Positions 20,501 through 33,244 of a stretch of 64,000 nt of DNA are shown here, in pieces. Made by a program: the position numbers and the translations under genes. The notes beneath the pieces are model-generated. The model had not been told where the DNA came from, did no database searches, and saw only the letters and a program-made list of their open reading frames with translations. The DNA comes from Candidatus Eiseniibacteriota bacterium. GTDB taxonomy: Bacteria > Eisenbacteria > RBG-16-71-46 > CAZAMP01. Each line of letters opens with the position of its first letter. The first letter of the stretch is position 1. The stretch is from the NCBI GenBank assembly GCA_965224245.1, contig OZ245046.1:576001-640000 (forward strand), written 5' to 3'.

Positions 20501-21397
20501 GGGAGCCGATGCGAACGTGCTCCACAGGCCCGCCTGGCGGCGTCGAACGAGCCCGTTCTGATGAACGACGATGACGTCTCCCGATGCGTTCATGTCGAGC
20601 GCCACCACGATCGAGCCGGTCTGCCCGGCCAGTCGCTCGGGCGGAGCGGCTCCGGTCCAGGTCCACACGCCGTTCCGTTCCAGCGCGAGGTTCACCGCGA
20701 GGACACCTTCGGAGCCGTTACCCGCGACGTGGGCCACGCCGGATCCGAAGCGCTCCTGCCACCGGTTGCCCGTCCACTCGTAGACGCCGTCTCGAGTGAC
20801 GAACCACGGTGCGCCCGCGTCCGCGACCAGGCGTCCCGCGGGCGTTCGCCGGAGACCCATCGGCCACGGAAGCGGCTCGACGCGTCCGTTCTGGAGCCGA
20901 TGGAGACCGTCGTCGGACTGGAGGAAGACGCTTCCGTCCGACGCGGGGATCGCGATGTGGACGGCGAGCGTATCCCGGTCGACGGTCACGGGCACGTGAC
21001 GGAGACCGGACGCGTCGCCGGCGTAGAGCCGGCCCCCGGAGGTGACCAGGATGCCACGTTCGCCGTACGGCTCCATCCGGTAGCCGGTGTTCGAGTGGGG
21101 TGACCATCGCTCCGCGTGGACCCGGTGCCACGCGTAGCCGTCGAACCGGGCGATGCCCTCTCTGTCCAGCGCCCACGGTGTGCCGTCGTTGGCGACGACG
21201 ACCGCATCCACGGCGTCGCTGGGCAGCCCCGACTCGACCCCGAATCGGGTCCAGCGCCAGGACTCCCGGATCGGATCGGTATGCGCGGAGGCGAGGGACG
21301 CGAGAACCGAGGTCGCGGCGGCGGCATCGCGGATCCGACGTTGCCAGCGGCGGCGCGCATCGGTGGGGCGCGAAGCGGCGTTGGGCCAGTGGCGCAT
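17555..21397 (-). CDS. Hybrid sensor histidine kinase (extracytoplasmic beta-propeller/Y_Y_Y, TM, PAS, HisKA, HATPase, REC)
   Basis: Repeated 'DG.LW.(A/G)T..G' propeller blades, a TM segment, '[10 protein letters not shown]' PAS, '[21 protein letters not shown]', '[15 protein letters not shown]', REC '[13 protein letters not shown]'. Start approximate. Confidence 0.9.
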   Translation of the reverse strand: [1280 protein letters not shown]

Positions 21398-21650
21398 CGT
21401 GCTCTCGAGTTCCGGTTGAAGGGAAGCGCGGGCGAGTCGGCGAGACCGCCGAATACCGGTCGCTCGCGGTCGCACGAAACGTGATCCTACCCGATCGGCG
21501 GTGGTCCACCAAACCCCGCGCCCGGGCTCCACCGGGCCCTCGCTCGCGCGACGGTGCCTTGCGGCGCCGAGGAGGCGGGCGCTATTCTCGCGACCACACT
21601 GATCCAACGCGCAGTGCGCGATGCACTCGATCGAGAGGACGCCGTCGCCC

Positions 21651-24272
21651 GTGCCGACCGACTCGCTCCGCTTTCGACTCAACGGCCGTGACGTCGATGC
21701 GGACGTACGACCGGGGGAGTCGCTCCTGGAGACGCTTCGCGAGCGCTGCGGCGTCGTCTCCACCAAGGACGGCTGCCGCCCGCAGGGACAGTGCGGCTGC
21801 TGCCTGGCACTCGTGGATGGTCAGCCCAAGGTGACCTGTGCGATGCCGGCCACGAAGGCGGCCGGTCGGGACATCCTCACGCTGGAGGGCCTGCCCCGGG
21901 ACGAGCGCGAGCTGATCGCGAACGCATTCGTGGCGGCCGCGGGTCTGCAGTGCGGGTTCTGCATCCCCGGCTTCGCGCTCCGGGCCAGGCATCTCCTGGA
22001 TCGGAATCCATCGCCCACGCGGGCCGAGATCGCCCGCGCGATCGACGTGCACCTGTGCCGCTGTACCGGGTACACGAAGATCCTGGACGCGATCGAGCTC
22101 CTGGCCGCGGCGAAGCGCGGAGAGACCGTCCCCACGCCGGTCGCCGACGGTCGCGTCGGATCGTCGCTCGCGCGCTACGGTGGGATCGAGCTCGCACTCG
22201 GCGACCGTCCCTACGTCGACGACCTCGTCGTGGACGGGATGCTGCACGGAGCGGTCACGCTCTCACCGCACGCTCGGGCCCGTGTGCTCGCGATCGACAC
22301 CCGCCGAGCGCTCGCCCATCCCGGCGTCGTCAGCGTGATCACCGCGGACGACGTTCCCGGCGACCGCTGGGTCGGTCTCATTCGAGCCGACTGGCCGGTC
22401 TTCGTCGCCGTCGGAGAGGAGGTACGCTGCGTCGGTGACGTCGTGGCCGCGATCGCGGCCACGGACGCGGCGTCGGCCCGCGAGGCGGCCGCGCTGGTCG
22501 ACGTCGAGTACGAGCGGCTGACTCCCGTGCTGGACTGCGATGCCGCGATGGCGCCGGACGCTCCGCGCGTGAGCGCCCGCTCCGGAAACGTGCTGTCCAG
22601 GACGACCGTGCGACGGGGATCGGCCGACGAGGCGCTCGCCGCGTGCGCGCACACGGTGACGGGTACCTGGCGAACGCAGCGCATCGAGCACCTGTATCTC
22701 GAGCCCGAGAGCGCGTTCGCCGAGCCGTTGCCCGACGGCCGGCTCCGCCTCTGCACCCAGGGACAGGGTATCTTCGACGACCGGCGGCAGGTGGCGGGCG
22801 TGCTCGGAATCGACGAGAGCCGGATTCACGTCGAGCTCGTGCCCAACGGAGGCGCGTTCGGTGGCAAGGAGGACATGTCGATCCAGGCGCAGACCGCGCT
22901 CCTGGCCACCGTGACCGGACGGCCGGTCAAGCTGACGCTCACGCGCGAGCAGTCGATCCGCCTGCATCCCAAGCGTCATCCCATCGAGATGACGTACACG
23001 GTGGGCTGCGATGCGGGCGGCCACCTCCTCGCGGTGCGGGCGCGAATGGTCGGGGATACCGGCGCGTACGCGTCGGTGGGGGCGAAGGTGCTGGAGCGCG
23101 CGGCCGGACACGCCTGCGGACCCTACCGGGTGCCGAACGTCGACGTGGAATCGGTCGCGGTGCACACGAACAACCCGCCGTGCGGGGCGATGCGCGGGTT
23201 CGGAGCCAACCAGGCTCACTTCGCGATGGAAGCATGCATGGACCTCCTGGCGTGCGAGGCCGGGGTCGACACCTGGGAGATGCGCTACCGGAACGCGCTG
23301 GACGTGGGCGACACGTTCACCACGGGACAGGTGCTCGAGAAGTCGGTGGGCATCAAGAAGACGCTCCTGGCGGTCAAGGACCGGTACGACGCGGCGCGCG
23401 CCTCCGGACGCGCAGTCGGAATCGCGTGCGGCATCAAGAACAGCGGCATCGGCAACGGGGCCAGCGAATGGGGCAAGGCGCGGCTCGTGGTCGAGCCGGA
23501 CGACACGATCTCGCTCTACAACGGCTACACCGAGATGGGCCAGGGGCTGTTGACCGTTCTCACACAGTGCGCGGTGGAGGTGACGGGCTTGGATCCGGCC
23601 GTCTTCCGGCCCAAGGTCGACTCCACGTTCGCGCTGGCGTGTGGTCAGACGACGGGCTCCCGGGCCACGCTGTTCGGGGGGCGGGCGGTCAAGAGCGCCG
23701 CCGAGAAGCTCGCCCGCGACCTGGCGACGAAGCCGCTCCGGGCGCTTCGCGGCAACGTGTACGCGGCCGACGTGCTCGTGGACGACACGACGGCGCCGGG
23801 CGCCGATACGAAGGTGGTGAAGACGCACACCGCCTTCGGCTACGCGACGCAGCTCTGCATCCTGGACGAAGCCGGACGCGTCGAGCACGTCGTGGCCGCT
23901 CACGACGTCGGGCGCGCGGTGAATCCCGCTCTTTGCGAGGGGCAGATCGAGGGATCGATCCACATGGGGCTCGGCTACGCCCTCACCGAGGATCTGCCGT
24001 GCCCCGGCGGCATGCCCGCGACGTTCAAGCTCCGCGACCTCGGGGTCCTCCGCGCGCGCGACATGCCGGGGATCGACGTGGTGCTGGTGGAGGATCCGGA
24101 GCCGGAAGGCCCGTTCGGGGCCAAGGGGGTCGGAGAGATCGGACTCGTGCCGACCGCGGCCGCCGTGGCGGGGGCGCTGGAGGCGTTCGATGGGGTCCGG
24201 CGCTACGCGCTGCCCATGAAGGACTCACCGGCCGCCCGCGCGATGAGCGTCGGGCGCATTCGATCGCGATGA
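21651..24272 (+). CDS. Selenium-dependent-type xanthine dehydrogenase family protein (fused 2Fe-2S and molybdopterin subunit)
   Basis: [61 protein letters not shown] precedes GTG 21651 (alternative ATG 21621). Confidence 0.88.
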   Translation: MPTDSLRFRLNGRDVDADVRPGESLLETLRERCGVVSTKDGCRPQGQCGCCLALVDGQPKVTCAMPATKAAGRDILTLEGLPRDERELIANAFVAAAGLQCGFCIPGFALRARHLLDRNPSPTRAEIARAIDVHLCRCTGYTKILDAIELLAAAKRGETVPTPVADGRVGSSLARYGGIELALGDRPYVDDLVVDGMLHGAVTLSPHARARVLAIDTRRALAHPGVVSVITADDVPGDRWVGLIRADWPVFVAVGEEVRCVGDVVAAIAATDAASAREAAALVDVEYERLTPVLDCDAAMAPDAPRVSARSGNVLSRTTVRRGSADEALAACAHTVTGTWRTQRIEHLYLEPESAFAEPLPDGRLRLCTQGQGIFDDRRQVAGVLGIDESRIHVELVPNGGAFGGKEDMSIQAQTALLATVTGRPVKLTLTREQSIRLHPKRHPIEMTYTVGCDAGGHLLAVRARMVGDTGAYASVGAKVLERAAGHACGPYRVPNVDVESVAVHTNNPPCGAMRGFGANQAHFAMEACMDLLACEAGVDTWEMRYRNALDVGDTFTTGQVLEKSVGIKKTLLAVKDRYDAARASGRAVGIACGIKNSGIGNGASEWGKARLVVEPDDTISLYNGYTEMGQGLLTVLTQCAVEVTGLDPAVFRPKVDSTFALACGQTTGSRATLFGGRAVKSAAEKLARDLATKPLRALRGNVYAADVLVDDTTAPGADTKVVKTHTAFGYATQLCILDEAGRVEHVVAAHDVGRAVNPALCEGQIEGSIHMGLGYALTEDLPCPGGMPATFKLRDLGVLRARDMPGIDVVLVEDPEPEGPFGAKGVGEIGLVPTAAAVAGALEAFDGVRRYALPMKDSPAARAMSVGRIRSR

Positions 24273-25420
24273 CGGGCACCCACGCCGAGCGCGGTCGCGT
24301 CAACGCGCACACGCACGTCTACAGCGGCCTCGCGCCGTTCGGCATGCCCACCCCCACGCCCCCGCCGACGCGCTTCCCCGAGATTCTGGAGCGCGTGTGG
24401 TGGCGACTGGATCGCGCGCTGGACGAGGCGTCGCTCCGCGCGAGCGCGCGCTACTACGTGGCCGAGTCGCTCCTCGCCGGGACGTCGACGCTCGTGGATC
24501 ATCACGAGTCGCCGGGCTTCATCGACGGCTCTCTGGACGTGATCGCCGAGGCCTGCCGCGAGCTCGGGATGCGCGCGATCCTGTGCTTCGGCGCCACCGA
24601 GCGCAACGGCGGGCGGGAGGAGGCTCGACGGGGTCTGGCCGAGTGTCGGCGCTTCATCGCCGGCAACACGTGCGCGCTCGTCCGCGGCGTCGTGGGCCTT
24701 CACGCGTCGTTCACGGTGTCCGACGACACCATCGCCGAGGCCGCCGCGCTCTGCCGGGAGCTCGACACCGTCATGCACGTGCACCTCGCCGAGGACGAAT
24801 GCGACGTCACCGACGCGAGGGCGCGGGGGTACGACGGGCCTCTGGAACGCCTCCTGGCATTCGATGCGCTGCCGCCGGGCTCGATCGTCGCGCACGGCGT
24901 GCATCTGGGCGCCGCCGAGGTACGCCGTCTCGCCGAGCGGGAGGTCTGGATCGTGCAGAATCCTCGTTCGAACCGCGGCAACGGGGTCGGCTATCCGCGG
25001 GCGCTCACCGCGAGCGCTCGCGTCGCGCTCGGGACCGACGGCTACCCGTCCGACCTTCATGCGGAGGCCGGCGTCCTCGTCGAACTCGCGTCGGCCGCGG
25101 GCGAGCCCGCGGCGGAGGTGGCGGCCCGCGTGCACGCGGGACACCGGCTGGTCGCCCAGCGGTTCGGCAGCGAGGCCACGGAGGGCGGCACCGGCGCGGA
25201 GGGCGACGACGTCACCACCGTCGCCGACGAGGCGGTCTTCGACGCGCCACCGGATCCGGCCGTCGGGCTGGCGCCCGGGCCCGTGGTGCGTCTCTCGATC
25301 AGCGGACGCGAGGTCGTGGCGGACGGCCGCCTGATCACCGGAAATGCCGACGCGATCCGACGCGACGCGGTCCGCGAGGCGGGCCGCCTGTGGCGCCGCA
25401 TGCGTTCGCTTCAGACCTGA
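24269..25420 (+). CDS. ssnA: SsnA-like amidohydrolase
   Basis: [58 protein letters not shown] overlap with the xdh gene. Confidence 0.82.
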   Translation: MTGTHAERGRVNAHTHVYSGLAPFGMPTPTPPPTRFPEILERVWWRLDRALDEASLRASARYYVAESLLAGTSTLVDHHESPGFIDGSLDVIAEACRELGMRAILCFGATERNGGREEARRGLAECRRFIAGNTCALVRGVVGLHASFTVSDDTIAEAAALCRELDTVMHVHLAEDECDVTDARARGYDGPLERLLAFDALPPGSIVAHGVHLGAAEVRRLAEREVWIVQNPRSNRGNGVGYPRALTASARVALGTDGYPSDLHAEAGVLVELASAAGEPAAEVAARVHAGHRLVAQRFGSEATEGGTGAEGDDVTTVADEAVFDAPPDPAVGLAPGPVVRLSISGREVVADGRLITGNADAIRRDAVREAGRLWRRMRSLQT

Positions 25421-25422
25421 GG

Positions 25423-26934
25423 ATGCACACGATGTCCATACCCGAGCTCGACACGTCGATCGCCGATCCCGGCGCATACGCCAACGCCGTCGCCCACCTG
25501 GGGTCGCTCGGCGTTCGCCTGCCCACGTTCTCGGATCTGACGGATCCGTCGCGGATCGACGCGGCGATCACGGCCGCGCTCGGCGGCGTGCACGCGAACG
25601 AGCCCCATCCGCTGAACCTCTTCCGCGTCCACTGGCACAACGACGCCCACGGAGACGCGATCGCGGTACCCGATCACGTCGTGTTGCCGGAAGCGCTGAC
25701 CGGGGTGTCGGCTCCGATCGTCGTCCTTCTCGGGGACCGGTTCCCGATGATCGGCGCGCACAAGGTGCTCGCCGCTTACGGATGTCTCGCCCCGCGACTC
25801 GTGACCGGCCGGTTCGACCCGACCCGCCACCGCGCGGTCTGGCCCTCCACCGGGAACTACTGTCGCGGCGGCGTCGCGATCTCGCGGATCGCCGGGTGCC
25901 GCGGCGTCGCGGTGCTTCCCGAGGGCATGAGTCGCGAGCGCTTCGAGTGGCTCGACGCCTGGGTGAGCGGTCCCGAGGACGTCATCCGGACGCCGGGTAC
26001 CGAGAGCAACGTGAAGGAGATCTACGACGAGTGTCGCCGCCTCGAGCGGGATCCCGACGTCGTCGTCTTCAATCAGTTCCGGGAGCTGGGGAACTACCTC
26101 GTGCACTACCTGGCCACCGGACGAGCCGTGGAGCGTGTGGTGGAGACGCTCGCGGACCGACTTCCGACCCTTCGCTGTCGGGCGTTCGTGTCCGCGACCG
26201 GCTCGGCCGGGACGCTCGGTGCGGGCGACTGGGTGAAGGACCGCCTCGGGGCCGCCATCGTCGCGGTGGAGGCGCTCGAGTGCCCCACGCTGCTCTACAA
26301 CGGGTTCGGCGAGCACAACATCCAGGGCATCGGGGACAAGCACGTTCCGTTCATCCACAACGTCATGAACACCGACGTCGTGATGGCGGTGTCCGAGCGC
26401 GCGACCGACGCCGTCGACGTGCTGTTCAACACCGACGTCGGGCGACGATACCTGTCCTCGCGGCACGGGGTGCCCGACGCCGTGCTCGCGTCGCTGGGAT
26501 CGTTCGGACTCTCGGCGATCTGCAACGTGATCGCGGCGATCAAGACCGCGCGCTACCTCGGCTGCGGTCCCGACGACGCGATCGTCACCGTGGCCACCGA
26601 TGGAGCGTCCCTGTACGAGACCGAGCGCCGGAAGACCACGGCACGGAATTACGGGGGGGAGCTGGACACGACGGCCGCGGCGGAGACGTTCGGGCGCTAC
26701 GTGCTCGGGGCGGCGACCGATCACGTCGCCGAGCTCTCCTCCCGCGATCGGGACCGGATCTTCAACCTCGGCTACTTCACCTGGGTCGAGCAGCAAGGGG
26801 TATCCGTGGAGGACTTCGTCGCGCGCCGCGACCCGGCGTTCTGGCGGGCCCTCCACACGCTCCCGGCTCGGTGGGACGCGATGATCGACGATCTCAACCG
26901 CCGCTCGGGAGCGATCGCGCCGGGGGACCTTTGA
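25423..26934 (+). CDS. Fold-type II PLP-dependent enzyme (cysteine synthase/TrpB superfamily)
   Basis: PLP Lys in 'FPMIGAHKV', [24 protein letters not shown]. Start is 25423 or 25432. Confidence 0.82.
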   Translation: MHTMSIPELDTSIADPGAYANAVAHLGSLGVRLPTFSDLTDPSRIDAAITAALGGVHANEPHPLNLFRVHWHNDAHGDAIAVPDHVVLPEALTGVSAPIVVLLGDRFPMIGAHKVLAAYGCLAPRLVTGRFDPTRHRAVWPSTGNYCRGGVAISRIAGCRGVAVLPEGMSRERFEWLDAWVSGPEDVIRTPGTESNVKEIYDECRRLERDPDVVVFNQFRELGNYLVHYLATGRAVERVVETLADRLPTLRCRAFVSATGSAGTLGAGDWVKDRLGAAIVAVEALECPTLLYNGFGEHNIQGIGDKHVPFIHNVMNTDVVMAVSERATDAVDVLFNTDVGRRYLSSRHGVPDAVLASLGSFGLSAICNVIAAIKTARYLGCGPDDAIVTVATDGASLYETERRKTTARNYGGELDTTAAAETFGRYVLGAATDHVAELSSRDRDRIFNLGYFTWVEQQGVSVEDFVARRDPAFWRALHTLPARWDAMIDDLNRRSGAIAPGDL

Positions 26935-28412
26935 CCGCGAACGTCAGCATGCTCCGTTGCACCGGCTGCGGACACGTGGTCCGCGGGGCCGATGAGCCCT
27001 TTCGCTGCCCGGAGGCCGACCCCGGTGACGACGTCGATCACGTGCTCCGGCGGGAGCTGGATCTCGGGGATGCGTCGCTCGTGACACGCTTGCGGAGCGA
27101 CTTCGACCGGGACGACGAGAGCCCGTTCCGCCGCTACCGGGGGCTTCTGCACACGGCGCGCGGGATCGTGGCGCGCGACGGCGAGCCGTCCTACCACGCT
27201 CTGGTCGACGGGCTCGAGGCCGAGATCGCGCGCACGAGCGGCTCGGGGGATCGCGGCTTCCGGGTGACGCCGTTCGGCGAGCACCCGGCTCTGGCCCGCG
27301 CGGTCGGGCTCGGCACCGGCCACCGCCTCTTCGTCAAGGACGAGACCGGCAACGTGACCGGCACGCACAAGGCGCGGCACCTGATGACGATCCTCCTGCA
27401 CCTGGAGGCGCGCCGCGATCGGCGCGCGTCCGCCGGATCCGCAGACACGAAGGCCGAGCGCCTCGCGATCTCGAGCTGTGGGAATGCCGCGCTGGCGGCA
27501 GCCGTGCTGGCGCGAGCAGCGGGGCGACCACTCGACGTGTTCGTCCCGCCCGATGCCGCCCCGTCCGTCGTCGACCGGCTGCGCTCGCTCGGTGCGCACG
27601 TCTCGGTGCGGGTGCGCACCGAAGGCACGACAGGGGATCCCTGCTACCACGCCTTTCGTGCGGCGGTGGACCACGGCGCGGTGCCGTTCGCCTGCCAGGG
27701 GAACGAGAACGCGCTGAACATCGACGGCGGCAAGACGCTCGGCTGGGAGATCGTGTCCGCGCTACGCGGGGGGAACACGTCGCTCGATCGGCTGTTCGTT
27801 CAGGTCGGAGGCGGTGCGCTGGCCAGCGCCTGTGCGCAGGCGCTCTGCGAGGCACGCGCGCTCGGTGCGCTGTCGCATCTCCCCCGGCTGTACGCGGTGC
27901 AGACCCGCGGCGCGGCGCCGCTGCGTCGGGCGTACGACCGGGTCGTGGCCCTGCTTCGGGAGCGAGGCGACGTACCCCAGGGCGACTCCCCGGCCGGGCG
28001 TCCGACCGAGGACACGATCGCCCTCCAAGACGCCGACACGATCGCGAGCTGGATCGCGGACCACGTTCCGGAGACCGCCGTCGATTCTGCGCTGGCGGAG
28101 GCCGCCTCCCACCGCTCCCGGTTCATGTGGGCCTGGGAGCGCGAGCCCCGAAGCGTCGCGTCGGCAATCCTCGACGACGAGACCTACGACTGGCTCGGGG
28201 TAGTGCGGGGCATGCTCGTGAGCGGCGGCTTCCCGATCGTCGTCGACGATCCCGAGTTGATCGAGGCGCACGCCCTGGCCCGATCCGAGACGTCCATCCC
28301 GGTGTCGGTGTCGGGAGCCGCCGGGCTGGCCGGGCTCCTCGCGACGGTGAGGGCCGGGGGTGTGGACGAGTCCGACGTCGTGGCCGTGCTGTTCACCGGC
28401 GTCCAGCGCTGA
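26931..28412 (+). CDS. Threonine-synthase-like PLP-dependent enzyme
   Basis: N-terminal CxxC zinc ribbon, '[14 protein letters not shown]', 'SSCGNAA', 'DGGKTLGWE', 'QVGGG', 'VLFTG'; TTG 26931 overlaps the upstream TGA. Confidence 0.8.
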   Translation: MTANVSMLRCTGCGHVVRGADEPFRCPEADPGDDVDHVLRRELDLGDASLVTRLRSDFDRDDESPFRRYRGLLHTARGIVARDGEPSYHALVDGLEAEIARTSGSGDRGFRVTPFGEHPALARAVGLGTGHRLFVKDETGNVTGTHKARHLMTILLHLEARRDRRASAGSADTKAERLAISSCGNAALAAAVLARAAGRPLDVFVPPDAAPSVVDRLRSLGAHVSVRVRTEGTTGDPCYHAFRAAVDHGAVPFACQGNENALNIDGGKTLGWEIVSALRGGNTSLDRLFVQVGGGALASACAQALCEARALGALSHLPRLYAVQTRGAAPLRRAYDRVVALLRERGDVPQGDSPAGRPTEDTIALQDADTIASWIADHVPETAVDSALAEAASHRSRFMWAWEREPRSVASAILDDETYDWLGVVRGMLVSGGFPIVVDDPELIEAHALARSETSIPVSVSGAAGLAGLLATVRAGGVDESDVVAVLFTGVQR

Positions 28413-28427
28413 TCGACGGCGGGTCGA

Positions 28428-29942
28428 TCAGCGCTCCGACACGCGATCGCGATACACCGACGGGAACCGGGCCAGGAACGCGATCACCGGCGCGAGCTCG
28501 CGGGTGTCCACGCACTCGCCGATCTTGTGCGTGTTCTGCTCGATTCCCGGGCCGATCCCGAACATCGCGGGATGCCGGAACGAGCCGGCCTCGACCCACC
28601 GCTTCGATCGTGGCACCTCGAGCGAGCCGGCGATAGGCAGCGGCACGCCGACACCGTCGGTCGAGAACACCCAGCGCGAGACGCGAGGCTCGGTAGAGAG
28701 GCCTCCGGCAGGCGCATCGCCGACGATCGGCGTGATCACGCGCCGGTACGACTCGACCGCGGCCCGGATGGCGGGGTGGTCGTCGGGCGTGACCCACCCC
28801 GGATAGATCTGTTCGTTTCCGGGTGTGTAGCCGCGCCACGTGGATCGGTCGTACGTGGGCACGCGGACGTCCACGATCAGACCCGCGTCGCGCGCACGCG
28901 CGACCGCGGGCAGGGCCTCGACGGCAACCCGCGCGGCCTCGGGATCCTCGCCGGCGGTCAGGCGCCGGTCGAACCGGAACGTGAATCGTTCGGGCACCGC
29001 GCAGTCGCTCGGGGTGTCCAGCGTGGCGAAGCTGGCGGTGCGGGTGCCGGCGCCGAGGAAGTCGTCGTCGCCGAAGGCATCGTCGCGCGCGGCGGCCCCG
29101 GTGGCGTCGGTAAGGATGGCGGCTCCGTGCTCGAGCGGATTGCGGCCCTCGTGCGGCATCGATCCGTGACAGCTCTTGCCGGTCACCACGACCTCGATCT
29201 GCATGCGGCCGCGCTGGCCCCGGTAGATTCCGAGCGCGCCGTCTCTGGAGCAGCCGGTGCCCTCGGTCAGGATGTACACGTCGGGGATGCGGCCCGGGGG
29301 CGCGTCGCGGAGCGCGTGGCGCATGACGTACATCGGACCGCCGCCGTCGTTGTCCTCCTCGGCGACGGTGGCCAGGCTCTCGACGACGATGCCGTCGAGC
29401 GCACCCTCGGACCGGAGCTCACGGAGGATCTTCGTCGCGACGATCTGGCAAACCACGCCGCCGAGCTGGTCGGCCGAGCCACGTCCCCACAGGAGGTGCT
29501 CCCACTGGTCGTCCGGCGGGAGGTAGCCCAGCTCGCGGCGGAGCACCGCCACGTTCACGCGGTCGGGGTCGGTCAGGCCATCGTACGGATCCATGCCGGT
29601 GCCCACGAGCTCGTGCCAGCGTGGCCGGAGCGCCTGCACCGTGTCCGTGTGACCGTCGAGATAGACGACGACCTTCTCGTCGGCCGGGATGCCGTCGGCG
29701 GGATTGGAGACGCTCCACCGGAGGTTCCCGAACGCGTCGAAGCCGACATCGTCCGGGGAGTCCACCGCGCCGACCTCGACGCACGTCCGGCGGAGGTACT
29801 CGAGTCTCGGCCCCTCGTGGTTGGACAGACCGCACTCGGGATCGGTGCTCACGTGGTCGGCGGGGATCCGGATCGCCTCGCGCAGGATCTCGATCGCGAC
29901 GGGCTGGTACGCGCGCGCGAGATCGGAGAATCTCGAGTCCAT
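28428..29942 (-). CDS. ygeY: YgeY-like M20 metallohydrolase
   Basis: DGHTDTV, GRGSADQLGG, VAEEDNDG, IYRGQRGR, G.SCHGS.P, WVFSTDGV; TGATG overlap with ygeW. Confidence 0.8.
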   Translation of the reverse strand: MDSRFSDLARAYQPVAIEILREAIRIPADHVSTDPECGLSNHEGPRLEYLRRTCVEVGAVDSPDDVGFDAFGNLRWSVSNPADGIPADEKVVVYLDGHTDTVQALRPRWHELVGTGMDPYDGLTDPDRVNVAVLRRELGYLPPDDQWEHLLWGRGSADQLGGVVCQIVATKILRELRSEGALDGIVVESLATVAEEDNDGGGPMYVMRHALRDAPPGRIPDVYILTEGTGCSRDGALGIYRGQRGRMQIEVVVTGKSCHGSMPHEGRNPLEHGAAILTDATGAAARDDAFGDDDFLGAGTRTASFATLDTPSDCAVPERFTFRFDRRLTAGEDPEAARVAVEALPAVARARDAGLIVDVRVPTYDRSTWRGYTPGNEQIYPGWVTPDDHPAIRAAVESYRRVITPIVGDAPAGGLSTEPRVSRWVFSTDGVGVPLPIAGSLEVPRSKRWVEAGSFRHPAMFGIGPGIEQNTHKIGECVDTRELAPVIAFLARFPSVYRDRVSER

Positions 29943-31117
29943 CAGCGACGCGACTCCTTTCCAGGGCTCGCGGCATCGAGCGCCGACAACCGCTCGGTCA
30001 GCGCCTCCGCCTTCGTCACCGCGAGGAGCGCCATGATCACGAAGACTTTCGCGTTGGCCTCGCGAGCCAGATCCACCACGAACCGTTCCATCACACCGGG
30101 GCTGACCTCGGCGCCGATGTCGGCGGGCAGGCAGTGCATGTACAGGCCGTCGCCGCCGGCCGTCAGGCCCATCCGGCGCTCGTCGCAGATCCAGTCCCGG
30201 TGCGTGGCGTTGCGCTCGAGGGCGCGTCGCTCGATGTCGCCCAGCGCCGCGCGGTCGCCGCCGCGGTTGGCCTCGACCCGCTCCAGCATCAGGTCGTAGG
30301 GGCCCCAGCTCTTCGGGTACACGACGTCCGCGCCGTCGAACGCGGCATCCATGTCCGGGACCACGGTGAAGCTCCCTCCGGCCTCGGCCGCGAACCGCGT
30401 CGCATCCTCCACGCACTCGGGAACGAGGCGATACCCGTCGGGATGCGCGAGTCGCACGTGCATGCCGAACCGCGTCAGGAGCGTGATCAGACCCTGGGGC
30501 ACCGACAGCGGCTTCGCATAGCTCGGCGAGTACGCCCAGCTCACGCCGATCGTGCGACCGGCCAGCCCGTCCGGGAAGCGCTGCCGCAGCCACGCCAGGT
30601 CCGCGAGCGTCTGCGTGGGGTGATCGACGTCGCACTGGAGGTTGATCGTGGGGACGGCACGATCGCATCCGGTCGCATCCAGGTAGTGGCGGAGCCCGGC
30701 GGCGGCCTCGCGCATGAACCGGTTGCCTTCGCCGAGAATCAGGTCGTGCCGGATGCCGAGCGCGTGCGCGTTCATGCCCAGCATCGTGCCGGTCTCCTGG
30801 GCCGTCTCGCCGTGCGAGACCTGTGTCGAGGATCCGTCCACGATCACCGGGTGTGCGCCGAGCCGGGTCGCGGCGCCCGCCCAGCTGGACTTGGTGCGCG
30901 TCGAGTTGTCGAAGAAGAGCGCGTAGTGAAGCTCGTTCGGAAACAGGGAGGCCACCACCCGGTCACGCTCGAACGACGCGAACAGGGCGGCCAGCGTCGT
31001 GATCGTGTCGAGCTCGGCACGACTCCACTCGCGGGTCAGGAGCATGCTGCGTCCGATCAGCCCGTCGAGCACGGAGGCGTCCAGCGACGCGATCAGGGAG
31101 TCTCGCGGGGTCGACAT
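29942..31117 (-). CDS. ygeW: YgeW-like knotted carbamoyltransferase
   Basis: FFDNSTRT, NLQCDVDHPTQ, SWAYSPSYAKPLSVPQG, YPKSW, YMHCLPAD. Confidence 0.92.
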   Translation of the reverse strand: MSTPRDSLIASLDASVLDGLIGRSMLLTREWSRAELDTITTLAALFASFERDRVVASLFPNELHYALFFDNSTRTKSSWAGAATRLGAHPVIVDGSSTQVSHGETAQETGTMLGMNAHALGIRHDLILGEGNRFMREAAAGLRHYLDATGCDRAVPTINLQCDVDHPTQTLADLAWLRQRFPDGLAGRTIGVSWAYSPSYAKPLSVPQGLITLLTRFGMHVRLAHPDGYRLVPECVEDATRFAAEAGGSFTVVPDMDAAFDGADVVYPKSWGPYDLMLERVEANRGGDRAALGDIERRALERNATHRDWICDERRMGLTAGGDGLYMHCLPADIGAEVSPGVMERFVVDLAREANAKVFVIMALLAVTKAEALTERLSALDAASPGKESRR

Positions 31118-31121
31118 CGGG

Positions 31122-33191
<2,070 letters not shown>

Positions 33192-33244
33192 GACCGCATT
33201 CTCGCAGATGACCCGATGGGGCCGGAAGCGTACAATGCCGCCCC
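33192..33244. promoter_or_regulatory. Back-to-back leaderless-type -10 promoters for ygfK and xdhA
   Basis: Minus strand: TGC-GAGAAT (33206-33198), 6 nt before ATG 33191. Plus strand: TACAAT (33231-33236), 8 nt before ATG 33245. No Shine-Dalgarno on either side. Confidence 0.55.

Noticed and set aside
22643-28412. Apparent giant fusion ORFs in the track (22643-25420, 24397-26934, 25344-28412)
   Set aside because: The N-terminal halves are off-frame shadows of upstream genes; true starts are set by stop/start overlaps or adjacency at 24269, 25423 and 26931.
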